A program made the translations under genes and the position numbers. A stretch of DNA of 64,000 nt from an uncultured Candidatus Sumerlaeota bacterium (GTDB taxonomy: Bacteria; CAYMEV01): assembly GCA_964389675.1 (NCBI GenBank), contig CAYMEV010000016.1, forward strand, positions 1 through 64,000. Direction: 5' to 3'. Positions within the stretch are counted from its first letter, which is position 1; every line of letters begins with the position of its first letter. Of this stretch, positions 48,320-57,631 are shown piece after piece. The notes beneath the pieces are model-generated. The model searched no databases, had not been told where the DNA came from, and worked only from the letters and a program-made list of their open reading frames with translations.

Positions 48320-49832
48320 CTTTATCCCTTTTATCAGTGTATTTTTTTAGTATCTCTCTGTCATTGAAAGGGGAGAAGCTTCCTTTTGCCTCAATAAATT
48401 CCTCATGGCCCTTTCCAAGTAAAAGGATTATATCCCCATCCTGAGCTGATTCAACAGCCATCTCTATAGCTTTTTCCCTGTCCTCTTGTATAAAAACTTT
48501 AACATCATCCCTGTTCTCTATTCCATTGTAAATATCGTATATTATCTCAGAAGGGTCTTCATCCCTCGGATTGTCAGAGGTAAGAAATATTACATCAGAA
48601 TATAGTGATGCATACTTCCCCATGATTGGCCTTTTGCTCTTATCTTTATTGCCGCCGGCCCCGAATATTGTAATTATCCTCGTACTGGGATTCAAGCCCT
48701 TGAACTCCCTGGTAACACGCATTATAGCCTCAGGTGTATGGGCATAATCAATATAAGCAGAGAACCTGCCGTCATAGACAAGTTCAACCCTTCCAGGTAT
48801 CCTGATAACATTCTCAACTGCTTTGGCAATATATGAATTGGTAATTCCAATGGTCTTTGCAATTGCAATGGCAAGAAGAAGGTTCTCATGCATAAAATCG
48901 TTCATATATCTGGTGGATATGGATATTTCACCCTCCCTGGTCCTGATCCACAGCAGAAACATATTTTGGCTGTATTTTTTGCGTTTTATGAAATAATCAC
49001 TCTTTTCATGATTATAGCTTACTATACTGCGGGAGATAAGGTGCTTTTTAAGTTCATCTTTTTCGAGATAGCTGTATGGAATAATACAATATCCATCCTC
49101 AGTTACATAGTCAAAGAAGCTGTATTTTACTCTTGCATACTCCTCAATATTCCCATGGTAATCGAGATGATCCTGTGAAATATTTGTCAGGGCTCCTATA
49201 AAAAATGGGAACCCGTGTATTCTTTTCCTGTGTATTGAATGGCTTGATACTTCCATTACAACCCACCTGATGCCTTTTGAGTACATATTGGCAAACAGTT
49301 CAAGGGAATCCAGGGACAATGGCGTTGTCATCGTAGATTTTACCAGCCCGTTTCCAAAATCATTATAGATGGTCCCGAGTAGCCCACATTCCCTGTTCCA
49401 GCTTCTTATGATGCTGTTAAGGAAAATAGCAGTCGAAGATTTTCCATTTGTTCCTGTTATTCCAATTAACTGCATTTTCCCGAGAATATCTCCATAAAAT
49501 ATGTTTGCTGCTTCTGACATTGCTTCCTCTGCATCTTTGACAAGTACAATATCAATTATGGAATTATATTTTTCGTAAATCCCGGCATCGCTTGTAAAAA
49601 CCCCTGCAGCCCCTTTTTTAACAACGCTTTCGATATAATTATTGCCATCATCCTTAAGGCCTTTTAATGCAAAGAACAAACTCCCGTTTTCTATTTTCCT
49701 TGAGTCATAGGACAGCTTTTTAACTATCATATTGTTTTTTATCCGTTTTTTTGCCACAGCTGAATTTCTGCAGAGCTCACCCAGAAAAACTGGATTAGTG
49801 CCTTGTGTATTTTTTCTTCCTGTTGACAGCAT
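48312..49832 (-). CDS. murE: UDP-MurNAc-tripeptide synthetase, meso-DAP type
   Basis: DSRK, GTNGKSS, MEVSSH, DHLDYH, DYAHTP, SDNPR, GKGHE. Confidence 0.95.
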   Translation of the reverse strand: MLSTGRKNTQGTNPVFLGELCRNSAVAKKRIKNNMIVKKLSYDSRKIENGSLFFALKGLKDDGNNYIESVVKKGAAGVFTSDAGIYEKYNSIIDIVLVKDAEEAMSEAANIFYGDILGKMQLIGITGTNGKSSTAIFLNSIIRSWNRECGLLGTIYNDFGNGLVKSTMTTPLSLDSLELFANMYSKGIRWVVMEVSSHSIHRKRIHGFPFFIGALTNISQDHLDYHGNIEEYARVKYSFFDYVTEDGYCIIPYSYLEKDELKKHLISRSIVSYNHEKSDYFIKRKKYSQNMFLLWIRTREGEISISTRYMNDFMHENLLLAIAIAKTIGITNSYIAKAVENVIRIPGRVELVYDGRFSAYIDYAHTPEAIMRVTREFKGLNPSTRIITIFGAGGNKDKSKRPIMGKYASLYSDVIFLTSDNPRDEDPSEIIYDIYNGIENRDDVKVFIQEDREKAIEMAVESAQDGDIILLLGKGHEEFIEAKGSFSPFNDREILKKYTDKRDKDA

Positions 49833-49834
49833 AA

Positions 49835-51646
49835 TTACATTCTCTTTATATACCTTTGTCTTGAAAGCTTTTGATAGTTTATTGCAAATTCTGCAATCTT
49901 TGAGAAATAAGGGGCAGCTACCACTCCGCCGTAATATTCGCCTTTGGGGCTGTTTACCAATACAAGAATGACTACCTCAGGATTATAAGCAGGAGCTATG
50001 CCGATAAATGATGAAATGTACTTTTCATCATAATAGCTTTTTGTCTCTGAGTTAAATATCTGTGCTGTCCCGGTTTTTCCCCCGACATCCAGGCCAGCAA
50101 CCTGCGCCCTTTTGCCTGTCCCGGACAATACAGTATCATGAAGAAGGCATCTCAGTATTGCAGCAGTATTTTCCGAAAATATTCTTCTTTCATCAGATCT
50201 GTCCTGATCAATATCAATCCTGCTATAAAGTGTATTGCTGAGATATCTGACAATCCTGGGTTTTACGAGAAAACCGTCATTGGCAATGGCCTGATAGAAA
50301 GAGAGAAGCTGCAGCGGGGTCACGCTTATGCCCTGTCCTATAAAGCTAAGGTATCTTGAATGCTCATCATTAAGGACGGACAGGTTTGTCAGGCTCCCTG
50401 ATGATTCTGCGTTCAGCGGTATTCCGGTCTTTTCCCCGAATCCGCATTTCTCAAGGTAGCTTACCCATAAATTCTTCGGTATGCCCATTGATAATTTTAT
50501 TGTACCAATATTACTGCTTTTGGAAAAAATTTCAGAAACCCTCAGATCACCATATGGGTGAACATCATGAAATTTATACTTTCCGCAGGAGTAATAGCCA
50601 TTTTCACAGAATACTTTCTCTTCATCGTTTATATCAATAATTCCGTTTTCAATCAGATAAGAAAAGGATACAGCCTTAAAAGTACTCCCGGGCTCATAAG
50701 AGTATGCTACAGCAGGATTTGCGAATATCTTTCTGCTGGTCTCATCTGCGGCTGAAAGAGGCGGATAGACAGAAAATGCAAGTATCTCTCCCGTACCTAC
50801 CTGCTGTACAAGAATAATGCTGTATGCAGGATCATATTTCTTCCATATTTCTTTATTTATCTCATTTACTTTCTGCTGAACTGGCAGAGATATCGTAAGG
50901 TAAAGGTCGTATACCCTTGATCTTTCCCTCTTGTAGGCTGATGAAATCCTGAGGATATTTCCCCTTCCATCAATGGTATTTTTGTCATTATCCTTCTTAG
51001 AATGTCTCAGATATTTATCAAATACCAGCTCTATGCCCTCTTTTCCTACACCATATGGATCCGTTCTTCCTATTACATAACTGAGCGATTCACCTGAAGG
51101 ATAAACGCGATCATACTCAATCTTATGTTTTAAGATCTCCCCCTTTACATTATCAGGGTATCTCTCCTTTGCCAGATCGTTAATCCTGCATATATCCTCA
51201 AAATCATCTGATGATACCAGCCTGGCTATATAGCTGAAATGACTGTCCCTGTTGACAGCGTTCATTATATGATCCACAGGTTTGCCGGTTTTTTCCGCTA
51301 ATTCAGAAACCAGCCATAGAATCATGCGGGAGTCCATAGTTGATCTTATCTCTTTTGGATTTATGAATAGTGAAGGTTTTTTAACGCTTGCTGCAAGTAT
51401 CCTGCCGTCCCTGTCATAAATGGTTGACCTTTCATAAGTTTCTCTTGATACCAGTTCTGTATCAAGGGACATTCTCCTCATGAAATACTCATGTTTGACA
51501 ACCTGGAGATAGAATATTTTGAAGATTACTGCTGAAAAAACCAGCAGGAAAATTACAGCGATGACAAGGATCCTGTTATTAACATCCTTGAACTTGGATT
51601 TGATCTCTTCATAATCAAACAATAGAAACGCGCAGATAATCATCAT
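49835..51646 (-). CDS. ftsI: Class B penicillin-binding protein FtsI
   Basis: R..IYDR.G, R.YP.G, G..G.E, EPGSTFK, SSN, KTGTAQ. Confidence 0.92.
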   Translation of the reverse strand: MMIICAFLLFDYEEIKSKFKDVNNRILVIAVIFLLVFSAVIFKIFYLQVVKHEYFMRRMSLDTELVSRETYERSTIYDRDGRILAASVKKPSLFINPKEIRSTMDSRMILWLVSELAEKTGKPVDHIMNAVNRDSHFSYIARLVSSDDFEDICRINDLAKERYPDNVKGEILKHKIEYDRVYPSGESLSYVIGRTDPYGVGKEGIELVFDKYLRHSKKDNDKNTIDGRGNILRISSAYKRERSRVYDLYLTISLPVQQKVNEINKEIWKKYDPAYSIILVQQVGTGEILAFSVYPPLSAADETSRKIFANPAVAYSYEPGSTFKAVSFSYLIENGIIDINDEEKVFCENGYYSCGKYKFHDVHPYGDLRVSEIFSKSSNIGTIKLSMGIPKNLWVSYLEKCGFGEKTGIPLNAESSGSLTNLSVLNDEHSRYLSFIGQGISVTPLQLLSFYQAIANDGFLVKPRIVRYLSNTLYSRIDIDQDRSDERRIFSENTAAILRCLLHDTVLSGTGKRAQVAGLDVGGKTGTAQIFNSETKSYYDEKYISSFIGIAPAYNPEVVILVLVNSPKGEYYGGVVAAPYFSKIAEFAINYQKLSRQRYIKRM

Positions 51647-51918
51647 TCAGATTCCTTGCCTTTCTCCTGTTCCTGAATTATTTTTTTCAGCATATTAAAA
51701 TCAGTATTCTCCTCAAGGTAGGTTTTCAGTACCCTGTTTTCATTTGTAAGGTCAGCTATCTCTTTTTCCAGTGCTGCAATCCTTGGCCCGCAAAGTGTAA
51801 TATTGTTCTTCATTCTTGCAAAACGTATCATGCTAAGTATCAGGACGATCAGGATCAATGAATACAATACATAGTTTATGACCCTTAATGTAAACATGAG
51901 CCAATTATATCCTTTCAA
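51643..51918 (-). CDS. ftsL: FtsL-like cell division protein
   Basis: TM plus coiled coil; between rsmH and ftsI. Confidence 0.65.
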   Translation of the reverse strand: MKGYNWLMFTLRVINYVLYSLILIVLILSMIRFARMKNNITLCGPRIAALEKEIADLTNENRVLKTYLEENTDFNMLKKIIQEQEKGKESE

Positions 51919-52858
51919 AAACCCTTAGTTTTGCTGACCTTGCCCTTGGATTTGACAGAATTTCGCCTGTGGATGGCTTTATTGGTTTTTTTGTCAGATT
52001 AATACCCAATGGGACTGTAACTGAATCTCCTGGTTTATATTTATTTGTTTTTTCCCTGTGGGAATAATTTTTGAAATATTCCTTTGCAATTCTATCCTCA
52101 ACAGAATGGAAGCTAATTATAGCCAGTCTCCCCCCTGGATTAAGAACTGACGGGATAATATCCAGGAAATCCTTTAGATTACGCAGTTCTTCGTTCATAT
52201 AAATCCTTAATGCCATAAATGTCTTTGTTGCAGGGTGAAGCTTCCCTCTATAGTGCCCTTTCAAAACATTCTGTACAAGATCCGACAATTCTTTCGCTGT
52301 ACTGATTGTGTTCCTGTTCAGGTACAGTGCCGCAGCAATTCTTCTTGCATGCCTTTCATCAGCATACCGGAACAATATGTCAGCTATCTCATCCTGTTTT
52401 AGACCGGGAAGAATCTTAATGAAAGGCAGTCCGGCAGTTGTATCGAGTCTCAGGTCAACAGCGGTTTCATCATTAAATGAAAATCCCCTGCCTGACTCAA
52501 AATAGTGGTATGAGCTTATCCCCAGGTCAGCCAGTATAAAGTCCGCTTTCTTATAACCAAGTTTCTTCAGTATATCAGGAATATTTTTATAATTGTCATT
52601 GATGAAATATATATTATTCTTTTTGAACCTGTTTATTCTCTGTGAAGCCTTTAATAGTATCTCTCTGTCTAAATCAATACATATCAGGCAAATACCATTG
52701 CCGATATTTTCAAGGAATTTTATGCTGTGCCCGCCTTCTCCGGTTGTTGCATCAACAAAGACCCTGTACTCTCTCTTAATAAATGACATGACCTCCTCCA
52801 CAAAGATAGGATCATGCACTGCACCTGATACAAAGTTGCCTGCATCAAAGGATATCAT
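51905..52858 (-). CDS. rsmH: 16S rRNA m4C1402 methyltransferase
   Basis: DAT.G.GGHS, DLGISS, RGFSF, HPATK.F.ALRI..N.EL, SFHS.EDR, NPRARSAKLR. Confidence 0.96.
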   Translation of the reverse strand: MISFDAGNFVSGAVHDPIFVEEVMSFIKREYRVFVDATTGEGGHSIKFLENIGNGICLICIDLDREILLKASQRINRFKKNNIYFINDNYKNIPDILKKLGYKKADFILADLGISSYHYFESGRGFSFNDETAVDLRLDTTAGLPFIKILPGLKQDEIADILFRYADERHARRIAAALYLNRNTISTAKELSDLVQNVLKGHYRGKLHPATKTFMALRIYMNEELRNLKDFLDIIPSVLNPGGRLAIISFHSVEDRIAKEYFKNYSHREKTNKYKPGDSVTVPLGINLTKKPIKPSTGEILSNPRARSAKLRVFERI

Positions 52859-53261
52859 CTATATTATTGCTCTTATCGTACTCTTCAAATACATCCGGTT
52901 TCCATATTGCCAGATGGTCAACAGCCCCTACGACAAGGACAGCTGAATTCCCATCTATTCCGGATATGCTCAGTAGCCTTTCACTCAGCTGTATTCTTCC
53001 TTTTGAATCAAGTTCCTTTATTTCAGTTACACTTCCTATTTTAGACTTGATATCTGTCACACCGCGGTTCAGCCCAAGTTCAACCTCTTTCTGAATAAGG
53101 ATATCAAAAAGCCTGCAGGGATATATCTCTATCTTGTTTAATCTGGCAATAGCTACAACATTATTATTGCTGTCAACAATTGCATCCCTCCACTCCTTCG
53201 GGATGGGCAGCCTGTTCTTTTCATCTATCTGTCTCTTATTTATTCCTCCAAAATAGCTCAT
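52845..53261 (-). CDS. mraZ: dcw cluster transcriptional regulator MraZ
   Basis: Two DxxxR motifs (IDEKNRL.IP, LDSKGRI), G..DHL.IW; first dcw gene. Confidence 0.88.
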   Translation of the reverse strand: MSYFGGINKRQIDEKNRLPIPKEWRDAIVDSNNNVVAIARLNKIEIYPCRLFDILIQKEVELGLNRGVTDIKSKIGSVTEIKELDSKGRIQLSERLLSISGIDGNSAVLVVGAVDHLAIWKPDVFEEYDKSNNIDDIL

Positions 53262-53316
53262 TCATTTATCCTTAATCTATTTCTAAGTCCTGTATGTCAA
53301 TTTTTGTAATTATTTT

Positions 53317-53342
53317 CCCACTTTTGTATCACGATAACCCAT
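53317..53342 (-). promoter_or_regulatory. Putative MraZ operator: ATGGG-N5-GTGAT-N6-GTGGG
   Basis: Three GTGGG-like boxes at 10-11 bp period upstream of a TTGACA (53295-53300) and mraZ. Confidence 0.55.
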
Positions 53343-53494
53343 TTATTATTAAAAATCAAACAAATATTCATTTTTTTTTATGATTTTTAGAAGGATTTAT
53401 TGGATGGTAAATCTAAATATTTGGATATATTAGATATAAATCTATAATGAATGAGGTTTTATTATGAAAAATGTGATATTTAGAGGCTATACAA

Positions 53495-53521
53495 TATGAA
53501 CCTGGATATTTATGAACCTGG
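53495..53521 (+). repeat. Direct repeat TATGAACCTGG x2 (16-bp period)
   Basis: Exact copies at 53495-53505 and 53511-53521. Confidence 0.7.
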
Positions 53522-53589
53522 GATTTAACGCTTTATAACCTTTTTAAGAGTATTTTATCTTAAAAGTGAAAACAAATTGACTGATTAGA

Positions 53590-54204
53590 TCATATAATTT
53601 CTTTTGCCTGGTTCAAAAGCTCAAGCCATTTTGCAACCAGCGGATGAATTTCATATTCCAGAAGGTCTGAAACCAGAACATAGTCTTTTGATTCCTGGGC
53701 ATCCATAATCTCCTTCAGGAAAGAGACAAAGTCAGATATCTGGAAGTCATTAAGCTTGAAATCCGTATCATTAAATATGCCATGCTTTGCCATAAAATCC
53801 ACCAGATCCAGAAGCCAGTAAAATGAATCAACAATGGCTGAAAGCTGTTTTGAAGCATCATTGAATGCACCTTCCCTGAAACCCATTGATACTTCATTAA
53901 TCTCACTTAATAATGATTCTTTAATATATTCAATGCTTTCTGCTATGGACCTTTCCAGGACCTTGTCAGTCTCTTCAGTGATAACATATATATTCTGGCC
54001 GTTGTAGGGGGTATTGAGGGAGCTTTCATCCCTCTGATCGATAGGTTCCTCATCGATCGATATGGATGTTATAATCCTTCTGTTATTATTTGCAATCTCT
54101 ATAAGCTTGTTTATTACATCTTTCAAATTCACAAATTCGCCCTTAATATCTATTGAATCACCATTTATTATTACTTCCATATCACCCTCCTTATCAGATT
54201 TCAA
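53590..54204 (-). CDS. Hypothetical acidic helical protein
   Basis: C-terminal E..DYVLVSDLLEYE motif, recalled from proteins in Maf/flagellar-glycosylation neighbourhoods. Confidence 0.55.
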   Translation of the reverse strand: MKSDKEGDMEVIINGDSIDIKGEFVNLKDVINKLIEIANNNRRIITSISIDEEPIDQRDESSLNTPYNGQNIYVITEETDKVLERSIAESIEYIKESLLSEINEVSMGFREGAFNDASKQLSAIVDSFYWLLDLVDFMAKHGIFNDTDFKLNDFQISDFVSFLKEIMDAQESKDYVLVSDLLEYEIHPLVAKWLELLNQAKEII

Positions 54205-55807
54205 TTCCGATAATCTGTTTGATAGAATCTATTATTTTATCTACTTTTTCAAGAAAAATAGAGAGAAACGAAATAATATAGCTTAATCCATCATTGCATC
54301 TGGCATCAGCAGGAGATCCTGCCTTTAACACGCCGGCCCTGCATAGGCTTTCTGAAAAATGTGCAAACTGCTGCAAATATAAAGGCATACCCTGGTCATT
54401 TTTAATTATATACTCCTGCAATGCTTTATAACCAGCCTTTTTTATTGCATTAATGATATTCGCAACTTCAATCCGTACCAGCATCAGCTGCTCAAGCAGA
54501 TCCGGATCAAAATAAATCCGATAATTTTTCAGAATATACTTATAGATGTCTGTTTCTTTCTGGCTAATCTTCAGAAGAATCTGCCAGGTATCCAAAAGAA
54601 GGATTGATAATATTTCATCCTTATCTATTTCATATTTATGGACAGGTTTATAGTCAATTATATTTGAAGGAAGGAAAGACCCCCTATAAAGATATATATG
54701 GTTCATTTTTTCGCTGATCTCCGGGACAGTGCTGATATCTGTCATTATGCTTCTGGCCAGCTGAAAAATATATTCCGGCTTTATCATTCTGCGGCAGTTC
54801 ACATGCGGACAGCAAAAGTCAAAACTGCAGGGAAAGCAGTCAATAGCAGGTGCGACAATATACGAAACTGATGAATATGGGCCATTTTCCCTGAACAGGC
54901 TGCAGCCCTGCGATATTTTAATAACAGGAACATCAAAGATTGATGCTGCGCTTAAAAATTCATTTTCATTTGAAATTATCAGGTGAAGCTTTTTAAACAG
55001 GCTGATTATCATTTTATAATCCAGCATTCCGGCCAGATTAAAAATATTTTTATTGTTCGCTACTTTTTTTATTCTCTCCCCTAAATGAAATTCATTTTCA
55101 CTCCCGATTAATACGATATTCTGATTAAATTTGGAGGCAATCATATCTGCAAGCAATGCGAAATTCTGTATTCCCCAGTTCATTTTTTCACTGCAAAAGC
55201 CGAAAATAATTCCTACGCAGCTTTTTTCTAAGTTTATGCCTTCCTTTGCAAATAGTGCATGTATCTTTTCAGCAGATTTTTTATCAGGCCTCATTTGGGG
55301 CCTGTATACCCTGGATACTGGAAAACATCCAGTCAGAATATTATTCAGGTCAATACGATTAAACCTGTTATAACTGCCTGCAGCTTTGGCTGATGAATAT
55401 AATGCACTGTACCGGTCCGGCATGACCCTGCATTTATTATCCCCCAGAGTATAGCCATGCTTTACCCTGGATTTTATGATCGCGGAAATAATATTGCCAG
55501 CCTCATCCCCTGAAAAATTGATTAATATATCATGTTCAGAAATACGAGACAGTTCATCCAGGTAGTTTCCGGTAAGGTTGTATTTTATCTCAGCTGAAAT
55601 ATCACTTGTTATGCCTGCAGTGAGCTCTGAGGGATTAAATGTCCTGTAGCAGTCTATATTATCAACAAGTGATAAAATCTCCCTGTATTTTTCCCAGAAA
55701 AAATAGGTTATCCTGCTGTCAGGATAGCGCTCCCTGAATAGCCTTATTGCAGGAACCGTCTTTATAATATCACCGAAACCCGCTGAATTTACCAGTACAA
55801 TTTTCAT
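54194..55807 (-). CDS. Glycosyltransferase family 9-like protein with C-terminal extension
   Basis: GFGDI....PAI..FRE.YP...I, K.NW, NLAG, CFPC....C....C. Confidence 0.78.
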   Translation of the reverse strand: MKIVLVNSAGFGDIIKTVPAIRLFRERYPDSRITYFFWEKYREILSLVDNIDCYRTFNPSELTAGITSDISAEIKYNLTGNYLDELSRISEHDILINFSGDEAGNIISAIIKSRVKHGYTLGDNKCRVMPDRYSALYSSAKAAGSYNRFNRIDLNNILTGCFPVSRVYRPQMRPDKKSAEKIHALFAKEGINLEKSCVGIIFGFCSEKMNWGIQNFALLADMIASKFNQNIVLIGSENEFHLGERIKKVANNKNIFNLAGMLDYKMIISLFKKLHLIISNENEFLSAASIFDVPVIKISQGCSLFRENGPYSSVSYIVAPAIDCFPCSFDFCCPHVNCRRMIKPEYIFQLARSIMTDISTVPEISEKMNHIYLYRGSFLPSNIIDYKPVHKYEIDKDEILSILLLDTWQILLKISQKETDIYKYILKNYRIYFDPDLLEQLMLVRIEVANIINAIKKAGYKALQEYIIKNDQGMPLYLQQFAHFSESLCRAGVLKAGSPADARCNDGLSYIISFLSIFLEKVDKIIDSIKQIIGIEI

Positions 55808-56550
55808 GTTTTTATCCTGAGTTCCCTAAGATACCTGATTGTAAGTTCTTCAAAAGAAGGCTCGTCATAATTTCTTAAATGGCCCAGCAGGCTGTATATG
55901 CTTATCCTGTCTTTCCCGATATCCTTCAGAATTGATTTCAGCCTGACTGAATCAATGGAATTTCTGCCATCAGAGCCCATTATTATTGAATCAGCCTTAT
56001 AAAAAGCATATATGGAGTTTATGCTTTCAATTACACCGGCATAATAACGGGAAAAAAGATTATAACTTCCTGTATTCACCAGTATGCCTGGGGGTAATTC
56101 ATCACTGAAAATCTTATCTTCATATGGATTGTATTCAGGCTGAAGTCTCGTGCCGAGGTTGATCCTGCATTTATTATCGACAAAGGGCTTTAATGAGATA
56201 TATTCGAGGCTTTTGAAAAACATGCCTGGATCCGCTTCAAATACAATGACATGCTGAGGCCTGTAATATTTGAAAATCCTGCTGACATGGTATGCAAAAC
56301 CCCAGCCTATTACACAGATCTGTTTTTTATTCCTGAACCTGCCTTCATAGCTTCTTAATATCTGATCCGCTTCATTTGCAGGATCATATCTGCTGTGGAC
56401 ATGAATATTCTTCACAACAGGTATTGGAAACCCTTTTTTTGATTCTATTACCTTTATATAAGGAATGCTCCTGTATCTGTGATACTTCGCATAAAGGCTT
56501 CTGCTATAATCCTTTAGCAGGCTAAGATTGTCCTTGAGGGTGGTACTCAT
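55804..56550 (-). CDS. Protein resembling the N-terminal domain of motility accessory factor (Maf) proteins
   Basis: N..LL, HSRYDP..EA, G.G.AYHV, VFE.D; no C-terminal catalytic domain seen. Confidence 0.55.
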   Translation of the reverse strand: MSTTLKDNLSLLKDYSRSLYAKYHRYRSIPYIKVIESKKGFPIPVVKNIHVHSRYDPANEADQILRSYEGRFRNKKQICVIGWGFAYHVSRIFKYYRPQHVIVFEADPGMFFKSLEYISLKPFVDNKCRINLGTRLQPEYNPYEDKIFSDELPPGILVNTGSYNLFSRYYAGVIESINSIYAFYKADSIIMGSDGRNSIDSVRLKSILKDIGKDRISIYSLLGHLRNYDEPSFEELTIRYLRELRIKT

Positions 56551-56638
56551 GTTTTAACAGGATAATTTTTATGGCCTGGTTTGGCAAGAAAAAAGGATTA
56601 TGCCATTTTTCAGGAAAACAGCGGCTTGTACCTGCCGT

Positions 56639-57631
56639 TCAAGCATTCTTAAGGCAGATGAATCTGAAACCCCAAAAATCAACAACCGGCTTAAAACCGA
56701 TATGTAAATACCATTTATATACATGGAGATCCTTTGCAGCTGATAAGGATACATTCTGAATTCCTGATTTATAAAGAGCAGAAACAGCTTTTGATATAAG
56801 GAATGTACCGATGCCTGTATTCTGGTATTTCCTTCTTATGGCAATCTGTGGGATATGACTCATTCCATCACCGATCATGGTTGTGATAATGAATCCGACA
56901 GGCATTCCCATGTAAAAAGCTGCAAAGGATGCGTTCCTGATGTAATTGCCGCAACCTTTCATTTGGATCAATTCATGCATATAAATATACGCACTTGCCC
57001 TGTCTGCATAAAAGCCTGACACCCGGCTTTCAGGGCTGCCTGAATAGCTGTCCAGCAGGATATCCGCCAAAATATCAGCTTCAAGCCTGATATTCTTTAT
57101 TTCAATATCTGGCCTTTGATTTTCGCATTCGGATATAGTTGAAGTACTTCCTGTCATATATGATTTTAGGATTATTTCATTTTTAAATGAATAAAACCTG
57201 TCAGTATCAAGCTCATGGTATAATAAAAATGGCTGACCCTCTATGGCCCAGTCTGATTTCTTAAGAATATCACCGCAGAATAGCAGCAGCATGTCTTCAA
57301 GATATCCTTTATCTGAATATTCTCTCAATATAAAGGAATTAAGGTATAAAAAATGGTTTACAGGAACTGCCATGACATAGCAAATAACATTCTTATCCTG
57401 AATCAGGGCAGAACCAATTACATCACCATTCCCCACAGCAAGCATTTTTTCCCTTATATGCTCACTTATGTCCCAGCCGAGGTATTCTCTATAATCCCTT
57501 TCTTCTTCTTTGAGTATATCAGCAAAGGATTCTTCAGAAATACTTGCTGTATTTTTTACCCTGATATAATTTTGCTTAAATTTATCAAGTATTGATAATC
57601 TTTCAGCATCATATGCTGTGGTCATATTCAT
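56639..57631 (-). CDS. GNAT-family acetyltransferase (probably tandem GNAT)
   Basis: IPQIAI...YQNTGIGTFL, WYLHIGF; 330 aa; overlaps the purB end. Confidence 0.78.
   Translation of the reverse strand: MNMTTAYDAERLSILDKFKQNYIRVKNTASISEESFADILKEEERDYREYLGWDISEHIREKMLAVGNGDVIGSALIQDKNVICYVMAVPVNHFLYLNSFILREYSDKGYLEDMLLLFCGDILKKSDWAIEGQPFLLYHELDTDRFYSFKNEIILKSYMTGSTSTISECENQRPDIEIKNIRLEADILADILLDSYSGSPESRVSGFYADRASAYIYMHELIQMKGCGNYIRNASFAAFYMGMPVGFIITTMIGDGMSHIPQIAIRRKYQNTGIGTFLISKAVSALYKSGIQNVSLSAAKDLHVYKWYLHIGFKPVVDFWGFRFICLKNA

Noticed and set aside
53262-53589. Replication origin in the AT-rich intergenic region
   Set aside because: No DnaA boxes (TTATCCACA-like) seen and no dnaA nearby.
56571-56759. 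62-aa plus-strand ORF between the GNAT and Maf-like genes
   Set aside because: Overlaps the GNAT 3' end in antisense, has no motif, and would interrupt a co-directional run.
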